Source of the DNA: an uncultured Veillonellaceae bacterium
GTDB lineage: Bacteria > Bacillota > Negativicutes > Selenomonadales > Selenomonadaceae
Direction: 5' to 3'
Length of the DNA: 64,000 nt
NCBI GenBank assembly: GCA_945949525.1
Contig: CAMFES010000002.1
Span: 12,988-76,987, forward strand
A program made the position numbers and the translations under genes. How positions within the stretch are numbered: position 1 is the first letter of the stretch; each line of letters begins with the position of its first letter. This document shows, piece by piece, positions 40,479 through 51,266 of this stretch. The notes under the pieces are model-generated. The model was not told the origin of the DNA, searched no databases, and was given only the letters and a program-made list of their open reading frames with translations.

Positions 40479-41564
40479 TTACTCAGCAGCCTCTGCGCTG
40501 TTAGCCTTGGTAATGCTCAGGGAAATGCGCTTTCTCTTCATGTCAATGTGGAGAATCTTTACATTTACCTGCTGGTTCAGCTCTACAGCCTCATCTGCAC
40601 GGTTAATGCGCTTGGTAGCCAGCTCGCCCATAGGAATCAGGCCATCAAAGCCCGGCTCAATCTCCATGAATGCACCAAAGTCAGTCAGCTTGATGATAGT
40701 ACCGCTGATGATGGAACCCTCGGTGTACTTCTCAGCCTTCTCCAGCCATGGATCAGGCATTGTCTCCTTGACGGAGAGGGAAATGCGGCCAGCCTCAGGA
40801 TCAATGTTCTTAACCTTTACCTGAAGAACCTGACCCTCCTGCAGAACGTCAGCAGGCTTCTTTACGCGGCTCCAGGACAAATCAGAAATATGTGCAAGGC
40901 CATCAACGCCGCCGATATCAATAAATGCACCATAATCAACCAGACGCTTAACGGTACCCTCTACAACATCACCCTCATGGATGTTCTCGAATACCTTTGC
41001 GCGGTTAGCCTCGCGCTCTGCCTCCAGCACCTGACGGCGGGACAGTACAAGGCGCTGCTTGCGGATGTCCAACTCCAGTGGCAGTGCCTTTACGGTCTGG
41101 CCAACATAGCCGTCCAGCTCCTTCACATAGTGGAGATCAACCTGGGATGCAGGAATGAATGCGCGCACGCCCATTACGCGGGCAACCAGGCCGCCCTTTA
41201 CAACCTGGGTAATCTCGGCATCAACAGGCTCAGCCTTCTCAACGATGCCATCCAGCTCCTTCCAGGATGCCAGACGGTCAGCCTTTACCTTGGATACAAC
41301 CAGACCGTTCTCGCCGCCCTTGGAAACAACCAGAACCTCGATTACATCATCAACCTTTACAATGTCCCTGGCAGACTCAGGAGCAGGCTCAGCCAGCTCG
41401 TACTTTGCGATAGGCACATCGTTCTTGTTACCCTTGATATTGACGATAGCTTCGTTGTCGTTTACTGCAACAACTAATGCTTCAACCAAATCGTGTTCAT
41501 TTATCTCCTTAATAGATTCTTCTTCTGCTGCTAATAAAGCTTCCATGTTCATTTCTTCTGACAC
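40479..41564 (-). CDS. rpsA: 30S ribosomal protein S1 (four S1 domains)
   Basis: AFIPASQV, YGAFIDIGGVDGLAHISDLSW, FGAFMEI; AAGGAGG before the GTG start. Confidence 0.95.
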   Translation of the reverse strand: MSEEMNMEALLAAEEESIKEINEHDLVEALVVAVNDNEAIVNIKGNKNDVPIAKYELAEPAPESARDIVKVDDVIEVLVVSKGGENGLVVSKVKADRLASWKELDGIVEKAEPVDAEITQVVKGGLVARVMGVRAFIPASQVDLHYVKELDGYVGQTVKALPLELDIRKQRLVLSRRQVLEAEREANRAKVFENIHEGDVVEGTVKRLVDYGAFIDIGGVDGLAHISDLSWSRVKKPADVLQEGQVLQVKVKNIDPEAGRISLSVKETMPDPWLEKAEKYTEGSIISGTIIKLTDFGAFMEIEPGFDGLIPMGELATKRINRADEAVELNQQVNVKILHIDMKRKRISLSITKANSAEAAE

Positions 41565-42379
41565 TTCTCGTAAACCTCCTTGATAATCCAGTCAGGCGTT
41601 GAAGCACCCGCTGTAATACCAATTTTTTTTATTGTAGCAAACCACTCGTCACAGACCTCTTCGGCCGTTTCGATATGGTATGTTTTACATTTTTCCGAGC
41701 AAAGCTGAGCCAGCTTCGTCGTGTTGGCGCTGTTCTTGCCGCCTACCACAATCATCAGCTCCACTTCACCGGCCAGCTTCACCGCTGCTGACTGGCGCAA
41801 ATCTGTCGCTGTGCAGATGGTGCGGATAATCCTCACATCCGAGGACTTGTCCAGCAAAACACCAACTATTTTCTTGAATCTGGCACCGGAGAACGTAGTC
41901 TGGGAAACAATCCCCAGCTTGCCGTACACAGGCAGGCCTTCAGCCTCCGCCTCTGTATCCACCGCCACAGCACCCTCCCCGGCCCACTCAAGAATACTGC
42001 GCACCTCCGGGTGATTCTTATCACCCACGATGACCACCTGATAACCTTCATCAGACAGGCTCTTCGCAGAATTCTGGGCCTTGCGCACATGAGGACATGT
42101 AGCATCCACCAGATTCAGTCCCTTTGCCTCAATCCTGTCATAGACATGAGGCCCTACGCCATGAGAACGGACAATAACCGTCCCCTCGGTGATTTCATCC
42201 AGTGTTTCAATCTTGCCTATTCCCTCTTCTGCCAGCCGCGCAACCATCTGAGGATTGTGAATAATCGGCCCCAGGGTATAAGACCTGCTCTGAGGCGCAA
42301 CCGAACTCTCCGCAAGCTGAATGGCCCTTTTTACCCCGTAACAAAAACCGAGATTTTCTGCCAAATAAACTTCACGCAT
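41549..42379 (-). CDS. ispH: 4-hydroxy-3-methylbut-2-enyl diphosphate reductase
   Basis: GFCYGVKRA, IIHN, DATCPHV, TICTAT, GITAGASTPDW. Confidence 0.97.
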   Translation of the reverse strand: MREVYLAENLGFCYGVKRAIQLAESSVAPQSRSYTLGPIIHNPQMVARLAEEGIGKIETLDEITEGTVIVRSHGVGPHVYDRIEAKGLNLVDATCPHVRKAQNSAKSLSDEGYQVVIVGDKNHPEVRSILEWAGEGAVAVDTEAEAEGLPVYGKLGIVSQTTFSGARFKKIVGVLLDKSSDVRIIRTICTATDLRQSAAVKLAGEVELMIVVGGKNSANTTKLAQLCSEKCKTYHIETAEEVCDEWFATIKKIGITAGASTPDWIIKEVYEKCQKK

Positions 42380-42492
42380 CAGGTCACCTCAAAACAAAAT
42401 TCAAAATAGAAAACTGCAACTTAAAACACTCTGCCATTATATCATGAATTTTACAGATTGGCTATGTAAATTTATCATTTTTTCAATTTTTT

Positions 42493-43098
42493 TTATAAAC
42501 CTGCTTCATTCTCGTCAATCATGGCAGAAATACGACTCATAATTGTTTCCGAAAAGGCATTCAATGCTTCCTTGTCGTTGTGCTTCCCCTCGAAATAGAG
42601 AGGCTCGCCAAAAATAATTTTTATTCTTGGCAGCAGACCGCCATTCTGAAAAATCTTATTCGTGCCGATAATCGCCACAGGCACCACCGGCACCTTGCCC
42701 ATGGCGGCCAGAAGCGCCACCCCGGACTCTGCCTTGCCCAGCCTGCCGGTCTTGCTGCGGGTACCCTCCGGGAACACGCCCAGGCACAGCCCCTGCTTCA
42801 GAATCCCCAACGCGGTCTTGATGGCCCCCCTGTCAGCAGCTCCCCGCTTAACGGGAAAGGCATAGAGCCTGCGGATGACCGCTCCGGCAATAGCCGGCCT
42901 GAACAGCTCCTCCTTGGCCATATAGGCCACAGGACGGGGCATATAGGTGCCGGCCATAGGCGGGTCCCAGTTACTGAGATGGTTGGCCGCCATGATCATG
43001 CCGCCCTCCAGGGGTACATTTTCCTTGCCTTTAATGACAGGACGAAACAGAATGCCAAATATTATCTGAAAAAATAACTTTAAGCATTTATAAAACAT
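42493..43098 (-). CDS. plsC: 1-acyl-sn-glycerol-3-phosphate acyltransferase
   Basis: NHLSNWD, AKEELF, FPEGTRS. Confidence 0.93.
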   Translation of the reverse strand: MFYKCLKLFFQIIFGILFRPVIKGKENVPLEGGMIMAANHLSNWDPPMAGTYMPRPVAYMAKEELFRPAIAGAVIRRLYAFPVKRGAADRGAIKTALGILKQGLCLGVFPEGTRSKTGRLGKAESGVALLAAMGKVPVVPVAIIGTNKIFQNGGLLPRIKIIFGEPLYFEGKHNDKEALNAFSETIMSRISAMIDENEAGL

Positions 43099-43116
43099 TT
43101 TGCTTTCTCCTGTTGG

Positions 43117-43779
43117 TCACACATTCCTGCATCGGTCTACAATGGCCTGAACAACCTCATCAATGCCCATATCGCTGGTATCAAGAAGCTCTGCATCAGG
43201 TGCCTGTACCAGCGGTGAAATCTCCCGCTCGCTGTCGGCCTTGTCACGGGCGGCAATATCCTTCTGCAGCTCCTCCAGTGTCACATCGTAGCCCTTTTCC
43301 TTCATCTCCTTGTAGCGGCGGCGTGCCCGCTCCTCTATGGAGGCCGTCAGGAAAATCTTGACGTTGGCGTTTGGCAGTACGCTGGTGGCAATATCCCGGC
43401 CATCCATCAGCACGGAGCCGTTCTCCGCCATGCGGCGCTGCAGCTCCACCATCCTGCTGCGGACAGGCCCCAGGGCCGCCACCTGTGAAACGATGCCGGT
43501 AACCTCCGGGGTACGGATTTCCCCTGTTACATCAGTGCCATCCACGGTGACAATGGTTTTGCCCTCCTTATAGGCAAGCTCCACATGGATGTCCTTGACC
43601 ACATCCACAATCAGCTCATCAGTCACAGGCTTCCCCTGCTGCAATGTCTTCCAGGCCACAGCCCTGTACATGGCACCAGTATCAATATAGGTGCAGCCCA
43701 GCTCTTTGGCCGCCAGCTGCGCCACCGTGCTCTTGCCTGCACCGGCAGGCCCGTCTATAGCCACAATAAGATTTTTCAT
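43117..43779 (-). CDS. cmk: cytidylate kinase
   Basis: IDGPAGAGKST, DTGAMYRA, DGRDI. Confidence 0.97.
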   Translation of the reverse strand: MKNLIVAIDGPAGAGKSTVAQLAAKELGCTYIDTGAMYRAVAWKTLQQGKPVTDELIVDVVKDIHVELAYKEGKTIVTVDGTDVTGEIRTPEVTGIVSQVAALGPVRSRMVELQRRMAENGSVLMDGRDIATSVLPNANVKIFLTASIEERARRRYKEMKEKGYDVTLEELQKDIAARDKADSEREISPLVQAPDAELLDTSDMGIDEVVQAIVDRCRNV

Positions 43780-43797
43780 GCTTTATCTCCCTCTAAA

Positions 43798-45099
43798 TCA
43801 GTACAGCTTCATCATTTCTTCATAAAAGTCAGGATAGGAAATAGCCACGCAGTCAGGCTGCTCTATCTCCACCCCATTGCCTGCCATGCCTGCAACGGCC
43901 AATGTCATGGCGATGCGATGGTCATCATAGCTGAAGCAGGTGCCCCGCTGCCATCTATTACCGCTGCCGCCCTTGATAATAAGGCCATCCTCTGTGGCAG
44001 TGATACATGGGCACAGCTTGTTGAACTGGTCGCTGATGGCCTGAATGCGGTCTGTTTCCTTGATCCGCAGCTCACCTGCCCCGGTGATAACCGTTTCACC
44101 CTCGGCGAACATGGCCGCTACCGTAATGGCCGGAATCTCATCCACCAGCCGCGGCATAATATCTGCCCCGAAACTGGTTCCATGCAGTTTGGCAGAGCGC
44201 ACTAGAATATCTGCCACCGGCTCACTGCCGCTGCTTCTTTCATTGGTCAGGGTAATATCTGCTCCCATGGCCTGCAGCACATCCAGTATACCGGTGCGGG
44301 TAGGATTGATACCCACATTTTTCAGCAGCAGCTCACTGTCAGGAATCACCGAGGCCGCCACCAGCCAGAAGGCCGCAGAGCTAATATCCCCCGGCACCAC
44401 GATTTCTGCCGGAGCAGTCAGCTTGTCCTGTGCCTGAATGCTGATGGCCGTGCCCTCATAGCCTAGCTGCACCCCGAAGGCCTCCAGCATCAGCTCCGTA
44501 TGATTGCGGGATTTATACGGCTCCACCACGGTGGTCGTACCCTCGGCAAAAAGCCCTGCCAGCAAAATAGCCGACTTCACCTGGGCGCTTGCCACCGGCA
44601 TTTCATAGGTAAATCCCTGCAATCTTTCAGCGGCGGGAATTACCGTAATAGGCAGCTTGGTATTGCCTGCCCTGCCTACGATGTTCGCCCCCATCTGTCC
44701 AAGAGGCTTTATTACCCTGCCCATAGGACGCTTGTGCAAAGAGCTGTCGCCGGTAAATACAGACACAAAGTTCTGCGGCGCCAGCATGCCCATCATCAGG
44801 CGCAGGGTAGTGCCGGAGTTGCCTGCATCCAGCACCGTTTCAGGCTCCCTAAGTCCATGCAGTCCGTTGCCTGTCACCACCAGCTCCGTAGGGCTGATGA
44901 TATTCACCTTCGCTCCCAGGCTGCGCATGACGCCTACTGTAGAAAGGCAGTCTGCCGACGGCAGAAAATTGGTGATGCGCACCGGGGTATCTCCCAGAGC
45001 CGAGAACATGACGCTGCGATGAGAAACAGATTTATCTCCCGGTATTGTCAGCTCTCCCCTTAATCCCTTCTTTATCTTCTCAACTACTCTGTTAGCCAT
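43798..45099 (-). CDS. aroA: EPSP synthase
   Basis: PGDKSVSHR, GNSGTT, SAQVKSA, ELRIKETDRI, DHRIAM. Confidence 0.97.
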   Translation of the reverse strand: MANRVVEKIKKGLRGELTIPGDKSVSHRSVMFSALGDTPVRITNFLPSADCLSTVGVMRSLGAKVNIISPTELVVTGNGLHGLREPETVLDAGNSGTTLRLMMGMLAPQNFVSVFTGDSSLHKRPMGRVIKPLGQMGANIVGRAGNTKLPITVIPAAERLQGFTYEMPVASAQVKSAILLAGLFAEGTTTVVEPYKSRNHTELMLEAFGVQLGYEGTAISIQAQDKLTAPAEIVVPGDISSAAFWLVAASVIPDSELLLKNVGINPTRTGILDVLQAMGADITLTNERSSGSEPVADILVRSAKLHGTSFGADIMPRLVDEIPAITVAAMFAEGETVITGAGELRIKETDRIQAISDQFNKLCPCITATEDGLIIKGGSGNRWQRGTCFSYDDHRIAMTLAVAGMAGNGVEIEQPDCVAISYPDFYEEMMKLY

Positions 45100-45129
45100 G
45101 AATCGGCCTCCCATTCTATATATTTTCAT

Positions 45130-46431
45130 TCAGCCTTCGCTGTTCCAGACGCTCCAGTTACCTGCCGCCGCTCCCATGGAAAAGGCCGCCTGCAGGTTAA
45201 AGCCCCCGGTGTAGCCATCCACATCCACAACCTCACCGGCAAAATAAAGTCCCCGCACCAGCTTGGACTCCATGGTTTTGGGATTGATTTCCTTTACATC
45301 CACCCCTCCGGCGGTCACAATGGCCTCGGCGATGGGACGCGTTCCGGAAACGACCATGCCCAGCCCTTTTAGCACCTGTGCCAGCCTATGTCGCTCTTCC
45401 CTGGTAATAGTGTTTACCATCCGCTCCGGCTTCAGATAGGCCGCATCCAGTACCGGCTCAATCAACCGTCCCGGCAGCAGCTCCTTCATGCCGTTCTTGA
45501 TTTCCTTGCGCTGGTATTTTTCAAAATCCCGCAAAAGACGCGCATCCAGCTGTTCGAGGTTTAGCGCCGGCTTCAGGTCTATCTCCAGCTCCAAAAAATG
45601 TCCCTCATCAAGAAGCTGTGCCGCCTGACGGCTCAGGGACAGAATAATCGGGCCGCTGACCCCGAAATGGGTGAACAGCATCTCCCCGAACATATCCGCC
45701 ACTCTTTCACCATCAGAAAAAAGGATGGCACGTACATTTTTCAGGGACAACCCCGAAAGCTCCTTCACCCAGTCGTCCTCCGTTTCCAGAGGCACCAGGG
45801 CCGGCAGGGGCTTCACCACATGATGCCCTGCCTCTGCCGCCCACAGGTAGCCATCCCCTGTGGACCCTGTTCCCGGATAGGAAGCTCCGCCGGTAGCCAC
45901 AATCACGGCACTGCCATGATACTCGCTGCCGTCAGCAGTCCTGACACCTGCTATGCGCCTTACGCCGCCTGTGGCGTCCTTCAGCAGAAGTCCCGCCACC
46001 CTGGCATCAGTCACCAGCCGTACGCCCAGCTCATGCAGCCGTAGCACCATGGCCTCCACCACATCGGCGGCACGGTCACTGACAGGAAAAACCCTGCCGC
46101 CACGCTCTGTCTTGACAGGTACATCCAACCCCTGAAAAAAAAGCTGTACATCCTCGTTATCATAGGCCTTTAGGCAGCTGTGCAAAAATTTGCCGTTCCC
46201 CGGAATATTCTTTATCAGCTCCTGCTTTTCTGCCACGTTGGTGATATTGCAGCGTCCTTTGCCGGTAATCAGCATCTTTTTTCCCGGCCTTGCCATCTTT
46301 TCCAGCACCGTAACCCGGGCGCCATTTTCTGCCGCCTTGATGGCCGCCATCATACCGGCAGGCCCGGCCCCCACTACAATTACGCTGTCCATGTTTACTT
46401 CATTTGCATTATTATTTGCATTATTTTCCAT
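45130..46431 (-). CDS. HI0933/BaiN-like NAD(P)/FAD-dependent oxidoreductase
   Basis: GAGPAG, ITGKGRCNITN, TGSTGDG, LFTHFGVSGP, TGGFNLQAA. Confidence 0.92.
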   Translation of the reverse strand: MENNANNNANEVNMDSVIVVGAGPAGMMAAIKAAENGARVTVLEKMARPGKKMLITGKGRCNITNVAEKQELIKNIPGNGKFLHSCLKAYDNEDVQLFFQGLDVPVKTERGGRVFPVSDRAADVVEAMVLRLHELGVRLVTDARVAGLLLKDATGGVRRIAGVRTADGSEYHGSAVIVATGGASYPGTGSTGDGYLWAAEAGHHVVKPLPALVPLETEDDWVKELSGLSLKNVRAILFSDGERVADMFGEMLFTHFGVSGPIILSLSRQAAQLLDEGHFLELEIDLKPALNLEQLDARLLRDFEKYQRKEIKNGMKELLPGRLIEPVLDAAYLKPERMVNTITREERHRLAQVLKGLGMVVSGTRPIAEAIVTAGGVDVKEINPKTMESKLVRGLYFAGEVVDVDGYTGGFNLQAAFSMGAAAGNWSVWNSEG

Positions 46432-46435
46432 CCGG

Positions 46436-47200
46436 TCACGACTCCTTGTGCCCTGCTCCAGCAGGCACCTCTGCCGCCGCGCCTGCGATTTTCTTCAGCC
46501 TGTCAACCTCGCCTGCCGTCAGGCTCCTGTACCGCCCCCGCGGCACCCCCGCCAGCGTCAATCCGGCAAAGGCTGTCCGCTTCAGGGACTGCACCCTGTG
46601 CCCCACAGCCTGCAGCATGCGGCGCACCTGACGATTGCGCCCTTCATGAATGGTGAGCTGCACCCTGCTCCATGCACCATTATCCGCCACCTCCAAAAGC
46701 TTTGCCCTGGCCGGGGCAGTCATGCCGTCCTCCAGCATAACCCCCTTGCACAGCTGTTTGATGTCATCTGCCGTCACCAGCCCCTGCGCCCTGGCAATAT
46801 AGGTCTTTTCAATCTCATACCTGGGATGCAGGAGGCCGTTCATCAGCTCGCCGTCATTGGTCAAAAGCAGCAGACCCTCCGTATCGTAATCAAGACGCCC
46901 TACAGGGTATATATACTCCTCCACCTCCGGCAGCAAATCAACCACCGTGCGGCGTCCCCTGTCATCCCTGACAGCGGAGATACATTTTCCGGGCTTGTTC
47001 AGCAGAAAATACAGCTTCTGCTTCGGGGCGCCGATATTCACGCCGTCGACAGCTACAACATCCCTGTCGGCATCCGCCTGTGTTCCCAGCTCCGTAACCG
47101 TCAGGCCATTGACAGTCACCCGCCCGGCCAGTATCAGCCGCTCCGCCTCCCGGCGGGAAGCCGCCCCGGCTTTGCTGATAATTTTCTGCAAACGCTCCAT
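46436..47200 (-). CDS. rluB: rRNA pseudouridine synthase (RluB/RsuA family)
   Basis: ERLQKII S4 domain, YPVGRLDYDTEGLLLLTNDG, EGRNRQVRRM. Confidence 0.9.
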   Translation of the reverse strand: MERLQKIISKAGAASRREAERLILAGRVTVNGLTVTELGTQADADRDVVAVDGVNIGAPKQKLYFLLNKPGKCISAVRDDRGRRTVVDLLPEVEEYIYPVGRLDYDTEGLLLLTNDGELMNGLLHPRYEIEKTYIARAQGLVTADDIKQLCKGVMLEDGMTAPARAKLLEVADNGAWSRVQLTIHEGRNRQVRRMLQAVGHRVQSLKRTAFAGLTLAGVPRGRYRSLTAGEVDRLKKIAGAAAEVPAGAGHKES

Positions 47201-47290
47201 TACAATTCCACAACCTCGCAACAATCTCCACTCTCCCCAGTGCCTGTCAGCAAACAGCGTGGAGAATGGGTATATTTCATACCGTCCGCA

Positions 47291-47698
47291 TCAGCTGAAA
47301 AAGCTGTACAGCATATAGGCTATCATGGCCACTACAACGCCCACTGCCACCACCGGCAGCGCCACAAAAATCAGGAACCAGATAATAGCCGCGGCCACCA
47401 AGGCTCCGATAATCCTGTATTTCCACTTCTGCCAGGCAGTAAGCCCTGAACCCATGCCAAATGTATACACCCGCGGCCCTCTGCCGCCGCCATAGCTGCG
47501 GAAGTTCTGCCGAAAATCCTGGCTGCGGCTCCCTGTATCCTCATAGGCCTCGTTAAAGCTTTCCGGCCGGCCGCCCTCTGACCGCCTGTCCTCTGCCGCA
47601 TCATCAAAGCCGCAATCCTCTATGGTAATATCATCGTACTCAATCTTTTCCTGCCTGGTCATCACTCTGACGACGGCATCATCTCTTTTTTCCTCCAC
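47291..47698 (-). CDS. hypothetical membrane protein
   Basis: Acidic disordered N-half and hydrophobic C-terminal hairpin; in-operon position. Confidence 0.7.
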   Translation of the reverse strand: MEEKRDDAVVRVMTRQEKIEYDDITIEDCGFDDAAEDRRSEGGRPESFNEAYEDTGSRSQDFRQNFRSYGGGRGPRVYTFGMGSGLTAWQKWKYRIIGALVAAAIIWFLIFVALPVVAVGVVVAMIAYMLYSFFS

Positions 47699-48192
47699 GC
47701 AAATACACCTCTTTTCACTATGCTGTCCCTGTCCTCCAGCCTGTCAAGGCACTGAGCTGCCGTCAGGCCGTTTGCCAGAATCAGCTCAGGGGCAATTTCC
47801 GCCAGCGGCACCAGTACAAAGGCTCTTTCCAGCATGTAGGGATGCGGCAGCTTCAGCTCTGCCGTATCCACCGATATGCCGGGAATATACAGCATATCCA
47901 CATCAATGGTTCTGGCCCCCCAATGCTCATGGCGCACCCTGCCCAGGGCCTTCTCTATCCCCTGACAGCTATGCAAAAGCTCAAAAGGCTCCAAACCTGT
48001 TTCTACAGCCACTGCACAATTGATAAAGGCCGGCTGATCCAGCTTGCCCCAGGGTGGAGTCTCATACATAGAAGATACACACCTCACCTGAATTTTTTCT
48101 GTATTTTCAAGCAGCTCCACAGCCCGGCAGACCGTTTCCAGCCTGCGCCCCAGATTGGCTCCCAGGCTGAGATAGCAGGTATACTTTTCCAT
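47662..48192 (-). CDS. folK: 2-amino-4-hydroxy-6-hydroxymethyldihydropteridine diphosphokinase
   Basis: LSLGANLG, YETPPWG, WGARTIDVD, LPHP..ERAFVL. Confidence 0.96.
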   Translation of the reverse strand: MEKYTCYLSLGANLGRRLETVCRAVELLENTEKIQVRCVSSMYETPPWGKLDQPAFINCAVAVETGLEPFELLHSCQGIEKALGRVRHEHWGARTIDVDMLYIPGISVDTAELKLPHPYMLERAFVLVPLAEIAPELILANGLTAAQCLDRLEDRDSIVKRGVFAWRKKEMMPSSE

Positions 48193-48241
48193 CTTCCAGC
48201 TTCCCTTTTGCCCTCTTCTGTATTTTCCTCCGCCCCGGCTC

Positions 48242-48601
48242 CTAACGCTCCAGGGTTACGGCCACATCACGGAAAATACCGGCCACAGGTGCCCCCGGCT
48301 TGTGTACGGTAACCGTAATATGCTCCAGCTTGCTGTATTTCGTCCACAGCATGCTGACAATCAGCTCAGCCAGCGCCTCAATGGTCTTCATTGGCTTGTG
48401 GCTCTCCTCCACAAGCTCCCTGACCTCCTGATATACCTCTGCATAGCTGATGCTGGCGTTCAAATCATCGTTCAGGCCTGCCTGATGCAGATCCAGCTCC
48501 AGCACCAGGTCCACCACAAAGCGCTGCCCCAGCTTGTTTTCCTCCGGCAATACACCGTGATAGCCAAAAAATTCCATCCCCGTAAGCGTAATTCTATCCA
48601 T
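48242..48601 (-). CDS. folB: dihydroneopterin aldolase
   Basis: FFGYHGVLPEE..LGQRF, SISYAEV, IEALAE, HKPGAP. Confidence 0.95.
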   Translation of the reverse strand: MDRITLTGMEFFGYHGVLPEENKLGQRFVVDLVLELDLHQAGLNDDLNASISYAEVYQEVRELVEESHKPMKTIEALAELIVSMLWTKYSKLEHITVTVHKPGAPVAGIFRDVAVTLER

Positions 48602-48680
48602 ACACAATCCCTTTCTGCCCTGCTGCACCGGCATACATCCTCATATCAGGTGCAGGGGCCAAAGCCTTTTTCATCGCTTC

Positions 48681-49568
48681 CTATTCCCTGCGGCCGCCTG
48701 CCGCCAGAATCGCATCCGTTATCCTGCACATCCTGCTGATTGGCAGCACATCATGCACCCGCATGATTTCACAGCCCTTGGTAATCCCCAGCACACAGGT
48801 AGCCCCGGTAGGCTCCATGCGCTCATCCACCGGCAGATCCAGAGTGTTGCCGATAAAGCTCTTGCGGCTGGTTCCCAAAAGCAGGGGATATCTCCTGCCA
48901 TCAAACTGCTTCAGCTCCTGCAGGCGGTTCATTACCTCCAGATTTCCCTCCACGGTCTTGCCAAATCCGATGCCAGGATCCAGAATCAGCTTGTCATAAG
49001 ACACGCCAGCCTTTTCTGCTATGTCAATGGACTTCATAAAAAAGGCCCGCATGCTGTCAATGATATCGCCCTTGTATTCCTTGGAATTTCTGTTGTGCAT
49101 AACCACTACCGGCAGCCCGTACTGCGCTGCCACCTGCGCCATCTCTCCCGGCTCTTCCTCATATTGCAGTCCCCAGATATCGTTGAGGATGTGGACGCCA
49201 TGCTCCGCCGCAAAGGCCGCCGTTTCTGCCTTGAAGGTATCAATGGACACAGGCACAGGACAGGCCGGAACCACTGCCTCCAAAAAAGGCCTTAAACGTT
49301 CAATCTCCTCCCTGGCCGACATGGTGACAAAGCCAGGCCTGCTGGACTCGGCACCAATATCAATGATATCGGCACCATTCACTACCATTTCCAGCATGTG
49401 CTGGACGGCCTTGTCAACGCTGTTCCATTTGCCGCCATCGGAAAAGGAATCCGGCGTGACATTCAGTATGCCCATAATCAGCGTCTTCCCGCCGATTTCC
49501 AGCTCCTTGCCGTCAGCCCACGTATATTTCCTCTTTGCATCGCATACAGTCTTCGTAGTTTTTCCCAT
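48681..49568 (-). CDS. folP: dihydropteroate synthase
   Basis: MGILNVTPDSFSDGG, DPGIGFGK, SRKSFIG, RVHDV. Confidence 0.97.
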   Translation of the reverse strand: MGKTTKTVCDAKRKYTWADGKELEIGGKTLIMGILNVTPDSFSDGGKWNSVDKAVQHMLEMVVNGADIIDIGAESSRPGFVTMSAREEIERLRPFLEAVVPACPVPVSIDTFKAETAAFAAEHGVHILNDIWGLQYEEEPGEMAQVAAQYGLPVVVMHNRNSKEYKGDIIDSMRAFFMKSIDIAEKAGVSYDKLILDPGIGFGKTVEGNLEVMNRLQELKQFDGRRYPLLLGTSRKSFIGNTLDLPVDERMEPTGATCVLGITKGCEIMRVHDVLPISRMCRITDAILAAGGRRE

Positions 49569-49609
49569 AATAAGCTATTCACTACCTTTCTTCGCCCGGT
49601 GCCAACGCT

Positions 49610-50185
49610 TCATTCTCCCTTATTCCAGCCCAGCAGGCTCCAGGCCTGATTGTACAGGCCGCTGTCCTCGCCAAAGCAGCCCAGGCAGGAGGAGGTGATG
49701 GTCGAGGTTCCATTAGCCAGGTCCCCCCGCATGGTCATGCACAGCTGCTGGGCCTCCGCGATTACCAGCACGCCCTCCGCCTGCAGTCCCTGCATAACCG
49801 CCTCCGCCAGCTGCTCTGTCATGCGCTCCTGCAGCTGGGGGCGATGGGATATGATGTCCACCAGCTTGGTAAACTTGCCAAACCCTGCCACCATGCCATT
49901 TTTAGGCTTGTAGGCAATGGATATCCTGCCGAAAAAGGGCACCAGATGATGCTCACACATGGAATAAAACGGTATATCCTTTACGGCCACAATGCCGTCA
50001 TTTTCACTCTGAAAAAGCTCCCCCCAGACCTCCGAAGTATCCTTCGCCAGCCCGCTGAACAGGTAGCCGTACATCTCTGCCACCCGTGCCGGGGTTTTTT
50101 CCATATCCAGCTGCTTTAAATCCAATCCCAGGGCCTCAAGAAACTCCCTCATGGCGCCTACAGCCTTCTCATTCATCACAATCAC
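49610..50185 (-). CDS. folE: GTP cyclohydrolase I
   Basis: [32 protein letters not shown]. Confidence 0.92.
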   Translation of the reverse strand: MIVMNEKAVGAMREFLEALGLDLKQLDMEKTPARVAEMYGYLFSGLAKDTSEVWGELFQSENDGIVAVKDIPFYSMCEHHLVPFFGRISIAYKPKNGMVAGFGKFTKLVDIISHRPQLQERMTEQLAEAVMQGLQAEGVLVIAEAQQLCMTMRGDLANGTSTITSSCLGCFGEDSGLYNQAWSLLGWNKGE

Positions 50186-51216
50186 TCTCCAGGGCGCTTT
50201 ATCAGCATCGCATCACCAAAAGAAAAGAACCGGTATCTCTCACCCACCGCCGTCTGATAGGCCTTCAAGACAAACTCCCTGCCTGCAAAGGCGCTGATCA
50301 GCATAATCAGCGTGGATTTTGGCAGATGGAAATTGGTCACAATCCCATCCACCAGCTTGAACTCATAGCCGGGATAGATAAAGATATCCGTCCAGCCGGA
50401 TTTGCCGCTGATTTTTCCCACGCCCTCCGCCGCAGATTCCAGGGTGCGGATGGATGTGGTACCCACCGCAATCACCCGCTTCCCGGACGCCTTGGTACGC
50501 AAAATCAAATCGGCTGTTTCCTGGGAAATACTGTAATATTCCTTGTGCATCACATGCTCCTCAATGTTCTCCACATTGACAGGCCGAAAGGTTCCCAGCC
50601 CCACATGCAGGGTGACAAAGCCCAGGTTCACGCCATAATCCTGCAGCTCCTTCAGCTGCTCCTTCGTAAAATGCAGTCCCGCCGTAGGAGCCGCCGCCGA
50701 CCCCTGTTCACGTGAATACACAGTCTGATACCGCTCCTTGTCCGCCAGCTTTTCATGAATGTACGGCGGCAAAGGCGTTTCCCCCAGCCTGTCCAGAATT
50801 TCCTCAAAAATCCCTTCATACTGGAATTTTACAATGCGGCCGCCAAAATCCGTATAGTCGGTCACAGTGCAGGCCAGCTCATCACTGAAACGCACCACCT
50901 GACCCGGCTGTGCCTTGCGCCCCGGCTTGACCAGCGTTTCCCAGGTATCGCCATCAATGCGCCGCAGAAGAAAAACCTCCACCTTGCCGCCGGTGCCGTC
51001 ACGCCAGCCCAGAAGCCGCGCCGGCATAACCCTGGTATCATTCATAATCAGGGTATCCCCCGGCTCAAGGTATTCCTTTAAATCATAAAAATGGCGATGC
51101 TCTATGGTGCCCTCCACCGGGTCCAGCACCATCATCCTAGAGGAATTTCTCGGCTCCACAGGTGTCTGGGCAATCAGCTCCTCCGGCAAATCATAATCAA
51201 ACTCTGATAGTTGCAT
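50182..51216 (-). CDS. queA: S-adenosylmethionine:tRNA ribosyltransferase-isomerase
   Basis: [47 protein letters not shown]. Confidence 0.98.
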   Translation of the reverse strand: MQLSEFDYDLPEELIAQTPVEPRNSSRMMVLDPVEGTIEHRHFYDLKEYLEPGDTLIMNDTRVMPARLLGWRDGTGGKVEVFLLRRIDGDTWETLVKPGRKAQPGQVVRFSDELACTVTDYTDFGGRIVKFQYEGIFEEILDRLGETPLPPYIHEKLADKERYQTVYSREQGSAAAPTAGLHFTKEQLKELQDYGVNLGFVTLHVGLGTFRPVNVENIEEHVMHKEYYSISQETADLILRTKASGKRVIAVGTTSIRTLESAAEGVGKISGKSGWTDIFIYPGYEFKLVDGIVTNFHLPKSTLIMLISAFAGREFVLKAYQTAVGERYRFFSFGDAMLIKRPGE

Positions 51217-51266
51217 TTCACGCTCTCCAACTTGATAAAATCTCTCTTAATTATGTCAATATTATG

